Shown here piece by piece: positions 52,540-62,896 of a stretch of DNA of 64,000 nt. The position numbers were made by a program, and so were the translations under genes. How positions within the stretch are numbered: the first letter of the stretch is position 1; every line of letters starts with the position of its first letter. The DNA is from an uncultured Chloroflexia bacterium (GTDB lineage Bacteria; Chloroflexota; Anaerolineae; Fen-1058), in contig CAWJPR010000009.1 in NCBI GenBank assembly GCA_963844815.1, positions 604,899 through 668,898 on the forward strand, given 5' to 3'. Below the pieces are notes generated by a model. It did not search any database, was not told the origin of the DNA, and worked only from the letters and a program-made list of their open reading frames with translations.

Positions 52540-55500
52540 TCACGCCATGTCCGCGAAGCGGGTGTGTGCGGTCGAGGTGTTGTTCCACCCACCATTACTC
52601 ATCTGCTCGACCGCGCCCATCATCTTGAGCGTCAGTTTTTGTGCATCGGTCAAGCCCTTGATGCCGGTGATGTTGAGCCGTTCATACGGGCGGTCGCGGC
52701 GCAGCGTCGTCACGTGATCGCCGCTCTCCATCTCCCAAATCTGGATCGCTCCATCATCCCCGCAGCTGGCGAGGAGGCGACCGTCGGGACTGGCGCGCAG
52801 CGATTGCACCGGTCCTTCGTGCGCTTGTCGTGACAGGATGCACTCGCCATTTTGCGGATTCCACCAGCGGAGAATGCCGTCACTGCCCGCGCTGACCAGG
52901 CGTTCGCCGTCCGCGCTCCAGGCAACGCCAAAGACTAATTCGTTCGGATCATCAAGTGCGCGAATCCGTTTCCAACTCTGGGTGTCCCAAATAAACAATT
53001 GGTCACTCCCATGTCCCCAGCTGCCCGAAGCAAGCCGCGTGCCGTCGGTACTCCAGGCGAGGGCTACCACCATGCCGCGATGTCCCTCAAGCGTGGCGCG
53101 CAAGGAATAATCATTGCTGTTCCAGATAAGAATCATACCCTCCCTCGCTTGAAGCAGCGAGATACTTGCCATCCAGGACTCCATTCCACGCGGCGGATTC
53201 TGGAGAGGCGCATCGGAGCGCCCAACGCGTTGGAAGGTTTGAGTGCGCATGTCGTAAACAAGCACGCCCTGGCGGTGAGTTGCCACCGCCAGGCGTTCGC
53301 CATCCGGACTCCACGCCGACGCGAAAAGATGAGCGTCCACCAGCGCGGATATCCGTCAAAACCCGCTCGCTCACGGCTCTGGCGACATCCCAAATTCGGA
53401 TCGTGTTGTCCTCGCTGCAGCTCGCCAGCCAGCGACCATCGGGGCTCCACGAGACGCCCCAAATGATCGCCTTGTGACCACGCAGCAGATGCAGCGGAAC
53501 ATGCTGGGCGACATCCCAAATCGTCACCAGCTTATCATTGCCCCCGCTGGCAATTTGCGCGCCGTTCTGGACTCCACGCCACATCGGACACGGTGCACGC
53601 AAAGCCCTGCCATTTGCGGATGCACTGACCAGTGGTCATATCCCAGACTTGCATGCTGCCATCTTCATGCGCGGTATCCAAAGTGCTGGCTATCCGGCGA
53701 AAAGGCAAGCGCGCGCACGGGCGCCAGCGTTCCATAGAACGTCGTGCGCTGCTTGTGTTGTTCTACATCCCAGACCCAGAACGAACGGTCCAATTCGCCC
53801 GACGCCAGATAGCGACCATCCGGACTCCACACAAGACCCTCGAAAGGCGCGAGGAAACGGGAATGGTTTCCCTTTGCGTTCCGCTCTGCGACGTCCCACA
53901 ATTTAACGGTTCTATCCCAACTCGCGCTGGCGAGCGTTCGACCATCCGGCGAAAATGCCAGTCCCCGCACCGGACTGCTGTGCCCGTCGAGTGTCTTGAC
54001 CGGCGTGAGCTTGAGCCCTGGCGAAGTCATCTTTCGCCATCTCCCAAAGGCGGATCTGCGCGTCATGTCCCGCACTGGCCAGAAATTTCCCATTAGGACT
54101 CCAGGTAACACAAAACACTGGACCGGCATGTTCGTTCAGGGTTTGGAGCAATGCACCGCTGGCCACATCCCACAGGCGAATTTGACCATCTGTCCCGCCG
54201 CTGGCGAGGGCGCGTCCATCGGGTGAAAATGCCAATCCCATGATGTGCATCCACCACGGGACTTGTCCAGAGCAGAGCGCCGTTTGCTGCATTCCACATC
54301 TTGATAACACCATCCCAACTGCCCGTGGCAAGGCACTGCTCGTCCGGGCTGAACGCAAGGGCGGTTACCACGCTGTGATGCGCTCTCCAGGTGAACTGCA
54401 ATCGTCGTTTCGTGTACAACCATATCTGAACTTGTCCTTGCCTGTCGCCTCCTGCCCAATACGTTCCATTCCTGCTGAAAGCCATGACCGAAATCGTGTC
54501 GGACACCATCGTGAACACCGCGTCGCGCAGGGTTGCCTCAGCCAGACTCGTGTCGTGCAGGTTCACGCCGCGCAAATCGGCGTTCCGAATGGAGAGCTGA
54601 TGCAAATCAAGCCCGGATAAATCGCCGCGCAAGGTGCGCAGCAGCGCCAGCAGGTTGGCAGGCGCATAGCCTTGATACTCGTCACTCTGCCCTCGTAACG
54701 GCTCCAGCAGCGCGAGCAAGCGCGCTTCTAGGGCCGAAGGTTCTGGGAACGAGGAATGCAAGCGTGCGAGCAGCGGAGTCACGATCAACCGTACCTGCGC
54801 CTCCCGAATATATTCTTTGCTGTTTGCCAGTTCCAGTCCGTGATCAATCAAGAGCTGCAAGTGCCCGCGTTCAATTTCGCTCACCGCCGCTCCGATGAGG
54901 CGCGTCGTGGCATATTCCAGCACGACCGATTGGAGGGTAAAACTGCCTTTCACCTGGCCGCGCTCAATCAGCGAGCGGCCACGCAGCGTATCCAACGCTT
55001 CCAAAACCTGCGCGCCGGGCAGCGGATGAACCAGCACGTTGGCGAGTTGTGGCACCGTCACCGGCTCGCGCAGAATCGCCAGCCACAGCATGATGCTTTC
55101 TTCCACGGCCGAGAGCCGCGCAAACTGCTCTTGCAGCAAATAACGCACGCTGCCAAAAATCAACTCGCCCTGTTCCAAAAAGGCAGCAATCTCACCCCCA
55201 AACAAATCCGCAATCGTCGGCGCCACGATTTTCAACGCGAGCGGGTTGCCGCCATAGCGCTCAATCAAGCGTTCGCGCTCTGCCGTGCTGCCCGTCACTT
55301 CTTTTTCGTGCAGTAACAATTCGCACGCGTCGGCGTCGAGCTGCCCGAGGTGCAGCGAGCGAACCGGGGTTCGATTGCCTTCGAGCGGCGCGAGCTCCAT
55401 TGGTTTTTCACGGCTCGTGAGCAGTAGGCAGCTGCGTGTGTTTGGTTTCGGCCGCGCGGCGCAGCATGCGTCCATAGCCCTCATAGCCGGGGAGCATGCG

Positions 55501-56283
55501 TCCGCTGCCTTCTGCCTCATCCATGATGCTTTCAAGGTTATCAAGCACCAGCAGGACGCGCTGTGTCCGCAGATATTCAAACAAGAGAGTGAGCCGTCGT
55601 TCGAGGCTGTCCAGCACGATGGTCAGCGGTTCGCCCGCCAAGATGCGCAGCATTTCATCGAGCAGGGGTTCGCAGGGTGGGGCGTCCCGCAGCGAGCGCC
55701 AAATCACGGCATCGAATTGATCCGCGACGCGGTGCATGAGCGTGACGGCCAGCGTGGACTTGCCGATGCCGCCCATGCCCAAAATGCTCACCACACGACA
55801 GTGCTGTTCCAGTAACCAATCGGTCAAGAGCGCGAGCTCGGATTCGCGTCCGTAAAAGGTCGAGACCTCGGGGGCATCGCCCCAGTCCACTGACCGGACC
55901 CGGCTTGGGCAACTCCGCGCCAGCGATAAGTGAGTGCGGCAAAGGAGTGGGAGCAGGCAAGTGACTCAGGTGGCTTTTCCAGCAGGCGTGTGAGCCACGT
56001 TTCATCCAGGGGCACACGGACGCGCGAGTTCTGCCACAAGGCGCGGATTTCCTCGGCTTCTTGTCCGCTGTGAAAGGCGTTGCGCTGTAAACAGAGCTCG
56101 ATCAAGTGCTTGAGATGGTGCGGGGAGGGACGACTGGAGCCGGCTTCCCAACCGACCACGGCCTGGCGTGAGACGCCCAGCAGTTCGGCCAGCCCGGACT
56201 GGGTCAAATTGCTTGCGGTGCGGAGGACCAGGATTTGCTGACCGAAACTATAGTCGTGATCTGGATACGAAGAGCGGCGACAT
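52540..56283 (-). pseudogene. STAND NTPase: XRE-type HTH + NB-ARC ATPase + short pentapeptide segment + WD40 repeats, read across at least 8 frame changes
   Basis: HTH: FGQQILVLRTASNLTQSGLAELLGVSRQAVVGWEAG. NB-ARC: FYGRESELALL...ILGMGGIGKSTLA (Walker A), VLLVLDNLE (Walker B), LLLTSR, GGNPLALK. WD40 units: AFSPDEQCLATGSWDGVIKMWN, AFSPDGRALASGGTDGQIRLWD, WSPDGRWLASCSEDNTIRIWD and others. The pieces are ORFs 55824, 55408, 54093, 53912, 53665, 53535, 53111 and 52540 (-). Confidence 0.75.
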
Positions 56284-56574
56284 TGAAACGGCTGCGTCTT
56301 TCACCGGTCCTAAAGGCGCAGCAAGATGACAAGTCGATGACAAGCGAGCTGTCAAGTCTTGCAGAGTGACTTTCAGGCATGTTCTCGCTATGATCGTTCT
56401 TGAAGAAATGCGCCCAAGCGGGTTCACAGTCGTTCAGGTAGCCCAGTGAAAGAATCGGCGCCGACGGACGGCTGTGATGCATGATAGCACACAGCACCCG
56501 CTGGGACAAGATGGAGTTAAGGATCAACGCAGGAAACTGCGAAATTATACATCCTAATGAAAAGGAGAAATACA

Positions 56575-57135
56575 ATGTCAACTCTAATCGTCGTAGGTTT
56601 CAAGAAGGACATGTACCGGGCTTCGAAAGTGCTGAACGAGCTCGTGGACATGAACTATGACTGGACCATTGATCTGGACGATGCCGTCGCGGCCTATCGC
56701 GACAACAACGGCAAACTGCGGATCGATGCCAGTTATCAGATGACAACGGGCGAAGGCGCTGCCCTCGGCGGCTTGTTCGGCTCGTTGATCGGACTCACGT
56801 TGGGCGCGATTGCTGCGCCGGTGACCGCAGGCGCCAGCGCCGCCGCTGCGGCGGGCGTCGTCGCGGCCGGGGCCGCGGGTGGGGCACTCGGCGCTGCGGG
56901 CGGCGCCCTGGATGCGAAGTGGTGGAAAGATGACTTTGGCATCCCGGAGGATTTCGTCAAAGAGGTCGGCACGCTGGTGCAGCCCGGCGACTCGGCGATT
57001 TTCGCACTGCTGCGTTCGGCCGATCCCACCGTGGTCGCCGCGGAGTTTAGCAACTATGGCGGTGTCGTGCTGTCGACCACGCTCACCCCGGAGCAAGCGC
57101 GAAAAGTGGAAGAGACTCTGAACGGCAAGAAGTAA
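56575..57135 (+). CDS. DUF1269-type membrane/stress protein
   Basis: AAAGGAG RBS. MSTLIVVGFKKDMYRASKVLNELVDMNYDWTIDLDDAVAAYRDNNGKLRI, a Gly/Ala-rich membrane segment, then GDSAIFALLRSADPTVV. Confidence 0.7.
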   Translation: MSTLIVVGFKKDMYRASKVLNELVDMNYDWTIDLDDAVAAYRDNNGKLRIDASYQMTTGEGAALGGLFGSLIGLTLGAIAAPVTAGASAAAAAGVVAAGAAGGALGAAGGALDAKWWKDDFGIPEDFVKEVGTLVQPGDSAIFALLRSADPTVVAAEFSNYGGVVLSTTLTPEQARKVEETLNGKK

Positions 57136-57234
57136 TGTGAACGTGGCAGGTTCCAAGGTCTGTTTCGTGCGAAACAACCTTGACGCTCGATAGCAAAAAT
57201 CAAATCAAAAGATCAAATCAAAAGGAGAAACAAA

Positions 57235-57907
57235 ATGAAAACCTGGACCGAAATGGAAGCAGAGATCGAACCGGAAGCTGCGCAAGGCAGCGCAAGAGAC
57301 TGGATCAGATGGAAGCGGAAGAAGCCGCCAAGGAAGCGGAGTTTGAGGCCAAAATCAAGGCCGCCACGGGGGACGCGAAAGCCAAACTGCAGGCAGAGAA
57401 AGCCAAGATGCATGCCGACTTTGAAGCCAAGCGCACCAAGCTCCAGCAAGACCTGGACGAGGTGGATCGCAAGCTCGATGCCGAGGCGGATCGCCTGGAT
57501 GCGGACATGGCGAAGGCGGAAGGCAAGGCCAAGACCGACCTGGAAGCGCAGCGCGCCAAGCTGAACGCGACCCGCGAAAAGGTCAACGCGCAGCTCAAGG
57601 CGACCTACGAAGCACAGGTCAAGCACATCAAGAGCCAGATTGCCGAAATGCAGGCTCGGGCGAAAACCACGGACGAGAAGATTCGCGCCAAGATCAATGC
57701 CGATCTCGAAGCCCTGCGCAAGCAAGGCGGCCGAGGTCGAGCAGCGCATCCAGACGCTTCACGCCGAGCACGTGGCGACGGTGGAACGAGAACAAGGCCA
57801 AAGTGGAACGCGCGATGGCAGACCTCAAGGCAGGGCGTGATAAGGCCAGCGCGGATCTCAAAGAAGGACGCGAAAAGGCCAAGGCAGAGTTCAAGAAGAC
57901 TGCCTGA
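57235..57907 (+). CDS. Ala/Lys/Glu-rich coiled-coil protein (apolipoprotein/phasin-like composition), read in several frames
   Basis: The RBS and ATG at 57235 give MKTWTEMEAEIE. The main body EAAKEAEFEAKIKAATGDAKAKLQAEKAKMHADFEAKRTKLQQDLDEVDRKLDAEADRLD is in the 57180 frame. The tail AEVEQRIQTLHAEH.. and KVERAMADLKAGRDKASADLKEGREKAKAEFKKTA are in other frames. Stop at 57905-57907. Confidence 0.4.
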
Positions 57908-57954
57908 TTCTGAAGCGCGACTGTACTGAAAACCGATTGCAGGAAAGATATGTT

Positions 57955-57981
57955 CGGCGGGATGCGAGTGGCGTCCCGCCG
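57955..57981 (+). terminator. Hairpin CGGCGGGA-loop-TCCCGCCG downstream of the coiled-coil gene
   Basis: An 8-bp GC stem followed by an A/T-rich tract. Confidence 0.4.
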
Positions 57982-58011
57982 GACCAATAAAAAATTCTAC
58001 GGAGGTGTAGC

Positions 58012-58558
58012 ATGTTAGACGTATTGACTCAGAAATGGTGGGCGGTGGCGCTGCGCGGCATTCTCGCCATCGTGTTCGGCATCGTGGCGTTGGCGTTTCC
58101 GGGCGCGACGCTGGTCTCGCTCGCGGTGGTGTTCGGCGCGTATGCCTTGGTCAGCGGCGTGTTCGCGATCGTCGCGGCGTTTGGGAGCCGGGGCCGGGAC
58201 GCCGTGTGGTATGTGCTCGACGGGATTCTCGGGATTGCCGTCGGCCTGGCGACGTTCTTCTTTCCCGGCATTACCGCCCAGGCCCTGGTCTTTCTCATCG
58301 GCGTGTGGGCGATCCTGACGGGGATCTTTGAAGTCATCGCCGGCTTTGAACTGCCCGTCAAGCGGAGACTGGCTGTTGGTGATCGCCGGGATTGCCTCCA
58401 TCATCTTTGGCGTGCTGGTGTTTGTCTATCCGGCCAGCGGCGCGCTGGCGATTGCCTGGATAATTGGGATCTATGCCTTGGTGTATGGTGGCACGATGCT
58501 CGTGTTCGGCATCCGCTTGCGCGGGATGAAGGGCAAGCTGACGACCCAAACCGCATGA
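58012..58558 (+). CDS. HdeD/DUF308-family membrane protein, one frameshift
   Basis: WWAVALRGILAIVFGIVALAFPGATLVSLAVVFGAYALVSGVFAIVAAF, then after about 58365 a second frame: WLLVIAGIASIIFGVLVFVYPASGALAIAWIIGIYALVYGGTMLVFGIRL. Confidence 0.7.
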
Positions 58559-58720
58559 GACCGAAGTCCAACCACGTCTTCCCTGACACGTCAACACGCA
58601 CCACCTTACTCGATAAAACCTGGCGTGTTGACGTGTCAGCAAGAATGTCGTCTGATGAGGCATTGTTCGCGGAGATCATTTCATGAAGACATCGTCAAAT
58701 GAAGCCGTTAGGAGGCCCGC

Positions 58721-60887
58721 ATGCTGTGGCGCTCGTTGTTGATCCGTGTTCTGGTGAACTTCGCCGCGATCTTCCTGACCGTACTGTTCATGCCGGGTTT
58801 CACTATTATCGATCCGTGGTTGGGCAGCCCGGTGCTGGATTTGCTGGCCGCGGGGTTCTTTCTGGCATTGCTCAACGCCTCCGTCAAACCGGTGCTGCAA
58901 ATCCTGACCGGGCGGCTGACCATTGCGACGCTGGGCTTGTTTGGGTTCGTCATCGATGCTATCGTTTTATGGATATTGGTGGCGCTGTCCTACCAACATT
59001 GGGAAGCCCAGTATGGCTTCATCACCTTGCTGATCGCCGGGGCGCTGATTGCGATTGCCTCGACCATCCTGGAGGCGATCCTGGGCGTGGACAAGCCCAT
59101 CATCGATACCAGCGAAGACAGTCGCACCTACTGGCGCCTCATCAGCCGGCTGCCGTTGAAACGCCGCAACTGGCTCATCGAGAACATCCGGTTGCAGCAG
59201 ACCTACAACACCATCTATCGCTACGTCGCCGATATTACCGTCAGCCGCACCCCCTTGATCAGTTTCCGGCATGCCGTACAGCGCTGGATTTACGGCCAGA
59301 AGAAGCATGACGATTTGACCACGCCGCAAAAGGTGCGCATCCTGCTGCAAGACCTGGGGCCAACCTACGTGAAGATCGGCCAGATGGCCTCCAGCCGACC
59401 GGAATTGCTACCCCAAGAATATACGGAAGAGCTGGCCAAGTTGCAAAGCACCGCGCGTCCGTTTCCGTACGCGCAAGTCGTGGAAGTCATCACGCGCGAA
59501 TTGAAGATGTCGCCGGAAGAGGCCTTCAAGGAATTTGACAAGGAACCGCTGGCGGCGGCCTCCATGGCGCAGGTGCATCGCGCGGTCTTGCACACGGGTG
59601 AAGAAGTCGTCGTGAAAGTGCAGCGTCCCGACATCATTCCGCAGGTGCAGGCGGACCTGGGCGTGATGTACGAGATCGCCGGGACTTTGCAGAAGCGGCA
59701 CATGGTCGGTCCCGGTATCGATGCGGTAGGCGCCATCGACGAGCTTGGGGCGAACATGATGCGCGAGTTGGACTATCAGAACGAAGCGTACAACACGCGG
59801 CGCATCGCCTCCAACATGCAGTCCATCCTCGGCGTGCACCTGGCCAAGATTTACAGCCAGCAGACCACATCGAAAGTGATGACCGAGGAGTTCATTCGCG
59901 GCGTCAAGACTGATCGAAGTGGATCAGATCGAGGCGGCTGGGATCGATCGGAAACAACTGGCCCGCACGTTTATCCGCGCCATCATGAAGCAGGTGTTGG
60001 TGGACGGCTTCTTCCACGCCGATCCGCATCCGGCAACTTAATGATCAACTTGAGTACCGGCGTGATCCAGTTCCTCGATCTGGGCATGGTGGGCGAGCTG
60101 GATCTACCGCAGCGCATCAGTCTGGGCGATCTACTGTTCTCGCTGCAGACCCCCGATCCCGATGGGATTGCCTCGGCCCTGCTGGGCGTCAGCTTGCCGT
60201 TCCGCGCTGATGTCGATCAAGTCGCGTTCAAGAAAGACATCGAGCGCATCATTAGCCGCTACATGATCTATGCAGAAGAAGGCGCGTCGCTGTCGGAAGT
60301 GCTGTCCGCCGTGATGAAAAGCCTGAGCGATAACGGCTATCGGCTGAATCCCAACATGACCCTGGCCCTCAAAGTGATCGTTCAAGTAGAAGAAGTGATG
60401 CGCACCTTGAACCCTGAAGAATCGATGATTTTCAGCGCGATTGAGGAAATGCAGGTGGTGCTGAAGCAGGAGATCACGCTGGAAAAGATCGGCGACCTGA
60501 GCGAAGAAAGAAGTCAACAACTTCGTGCGTGAAGCAGTGAAGCGCCTACCGGAATTGCAGGGCGCGACGATCAAGTGGCTGGACAACTATCAGAAGGGCC
60601 GCTTTGAAGTAGTTGTGGACACCAGCGATCTGGGCCAGCACGTCGATCGCTTTAATGCGAGTACTGAACGGCTGATGCTGGGCATGATCCTGACCGGCAT
60701 GTTGATCGGCGGCGCGATCGCGCTGGCCGTGCCCACGGCGACTATCGTCGGTGAATACATTAAGCTGGCCGTGCTCCTCATTTTCGTCTTTGCGGCAGGG
60801 ATTGGCCTTTGGCTGATTTATCGTATCCTGTGGCGCTCGTTCCGCGAAGAGCAGCGGCTCGATCGCAGCCAGAACCCGTGGCAGTAA
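58721..60887 (+). CDS. ABC1/UbiB-family atypical kinase fused to an N-terminal 4-TM (holin_4_2-like) domain, three indel-type frame changes
   Basis: N-terminus MLWRSLLIRVLVNFAAIFLTVLFMPGF...LLNASVKPVLQIL. Kinase: LQDLGPTYVKIGQMASSRPELLP...AAASMAQVHRAVL. The FFHADPHP motif is readable only in an alternative frame at 59910-60033. The C-terminal TM part is in ORF 60525-60887. Confidence 0.75.
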
Positions 60888-60915
60888 GAGAGATACTTGG
60901 AATCGCGAGGGCGAA

Positions 60916-61380
60916 GTGCTAGACCCCTATTGGAGTCAAACGACAACCGGCCTTGTGACGCAGCGGCAATCCACCGACAGGGGGTTAAGCCGCAGCGACG
61001 CTGCGGCGCGCCTCAAGCAGCGCGGTCTGAATAGCTTGAAAGCCGCGCGGCGGGCGAGCGCGTTCGGATTGCTGCTGAATCAATTCAAAAGCCCGCTCGT
61101 TCTCATTCTCGTTGTCGCGACAATCATCTCCGCGTTTGCCGGCGCATACATGGACGCGCTGATCACGCTCGTGATTTTGTTAATGGGCGAAACATCCGCC
61201 GCTGCGGCGTTGGCCGATCGCACCAACTGCGTCATTATGGGCACGAGCGTCAGCACGGGCACCGGATATACGCTTATTGTGCAAGCGGGCACATCGACCG
61301 AGTTTGGAAAGATTTCGGAAAAATTGACGTTGCGTCCGCCCGAAACGGAATTTGAACGCGGCACGCGTCAATTCGGCGCA
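60916..61380 (+). pseudogene. Remnant of a P-type cation-transporting ATPase (N-terminal ~150 aa with internal deletion)
   Basis: GLSRSDAAARLKQRGLNSLKAARRASAFGLLLNQFKSPLVLILVVATIISAFAG (Cation_ATPase_N + TM1). It then jumps to NCVIMGTSVSTGTGYTLIVQAGTSTEFGKISEKL...ETEFERGTRQFG (end of actuator domain). No phosphorylation (DKTGT) or nucleotide domains follow. Confidence 0.65.
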
Positions 61381-61501
61381 GGCCAAGAGGCAGGGCAGTG
61401 TTATCCGCCATCATCATCCAGCGCTTGCTCGTCTCAACTGTTAATGTCCGGCACGCCGGCAGGTGGCTCAAGGGCGCTGTCGTTAAGGTCTTCTGGAAAA
61501 C

Positions 61502-62896
61502 CTAAGCCAGCGGGTTGGCCGCCGCGACCTCGTCGTAGAGATCGGCCGCCGTGTGAGTCGGCACACCGGGGATCGCTTTGCCTTTGCCGCATCTGGCCGC
61601 GCACAGCGCTTCGCGAAACTCCGGGCCCAGATCGATGCCGGTGCCCTGCCTGACCAGGTGGACGGCGCACGCGGCCTGCGCGATCACATAGCGCGGCTCG
61701 GGCCGGTCGAGTTTCTCGAAGAACCAGCCGCAGCTGGTGAACATGCGCTGGCGGTGCAGCTGCGCCTGCACCAGCTTGCCGATGCGCAAGTTCTGCCCGG
61801 TCGTCAATTTGGCCGAGGTGTTTTCGCGGATCAACATCCCCGTGTCAGCCACGCCCAGCACGACGTCAATGTATTGATCCACCAGCAGCCACGGATTGCT
61901 GAACAAGCGCCGCAGTTCGTACAAATAGATCGCGTCGATCTCGTCGGCCAGCAGATCGAGCGCCGAGCGCAGGATGGGCTTCCAACTGTGATCGCCCGGG
62001 GTGCAGCCACAGCCGCGATCCCAGCGGTCCAGATGATGGCTGCACTCCACGCCGTGCGCTCGATGATCTCAATCTCGCGCGTGGGCGCATGCGTGCGCAG
62101 ATAATCGGTCAGCGTCACCATCTCGTACGGCGCCGCCGGCTCGTCGCGCAGCATGTCCGCCAGCAGCTGCACGCCGCGCCGCTGATGATGCCCGAAGGTT
62201 TCGCCGTCGGTGGCAATCAACGTCAAGCCCGGCCGCCCGCGCACCTGATCGGCCAGCCAGTCACGGCCGGCGGCGATCTGATCGGTGGCAAACGAGAGTT
62301 GATTGGACAGACTGTCGATCGCGCACGAAGACGGCAAAGAAGCCGCCGCCCGGCAGCCGCACACGATACGGCCCCGCATCGCCCCGCACTTCGCCCTGCA
62401 CCTGCTCTTCACTCAAGATCGTGAAGGACAGTCCGCGCCGCGAGAGGATTTCCAGTGTGACCAGATCGACGGCCATTTCCGGCAGCCACATGCCGCGCGG
62501 CTGGCGCCCGAAACGATGAATGAACGAGGCCATGCCCCATTTGATCTGCGTGATCTTGTCGCGGCGGCGGGCGAGCGGCAGGATCGTATGATGCGCGGGC
62601 TGCGCGATGGCATTCCCGACGCCGCAGGTCTGCCGGTGGATCCGATCGGCTTCCTGGATGCGGCGATACGTCTCGTGGTCGTGCCGGTCGAGCCAGCCGA
62701 TCAACGTGGGCCCGATGTTGAAACTGATCCGATCGAAGTTGCCGGCAAAGGCGTTGGGCCGGTAACTTTCGGCGGTGATCTTGGCGTTGTAATCGTGATA
62801 CGGCTCGGCCCCCTGTTCAGCCGGGACTTCACCCGTGAACGGATTTTCACGCGGCGGCTGATAGAAGTGGCCGTGTATCGCAACCGGCTGTGTCAC
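61502..62896 (-). CDS. Glycoside hydrolase family 57 protein with DUF3536-like C-terminal region, at least two frame changes
   Basis: MTQPVAIHGHFYQPPRENPFTGE...GMWLPEMAV (GH57 motifs). IATDGETFGHHQ is in ORF 61831-62412. The C-terminal WFFEKLDRPEPRYVIAQAACAVHLV is in ORF 61502-62050. Confidence 0.75.

Noticed and set aside
56204-56581. 125-aa minus-strand ORF between the STAND gene and the DUF1269 gene.
   Set aside because: It overlaps the out-of-frame 5' end of the STAND gene and the DUF1269 promoter/RBS region. It has no motifs and a hydrophobic low-complexity start. It is more likely non-coding leader plus the displaced STAND start (ATG at 56283).
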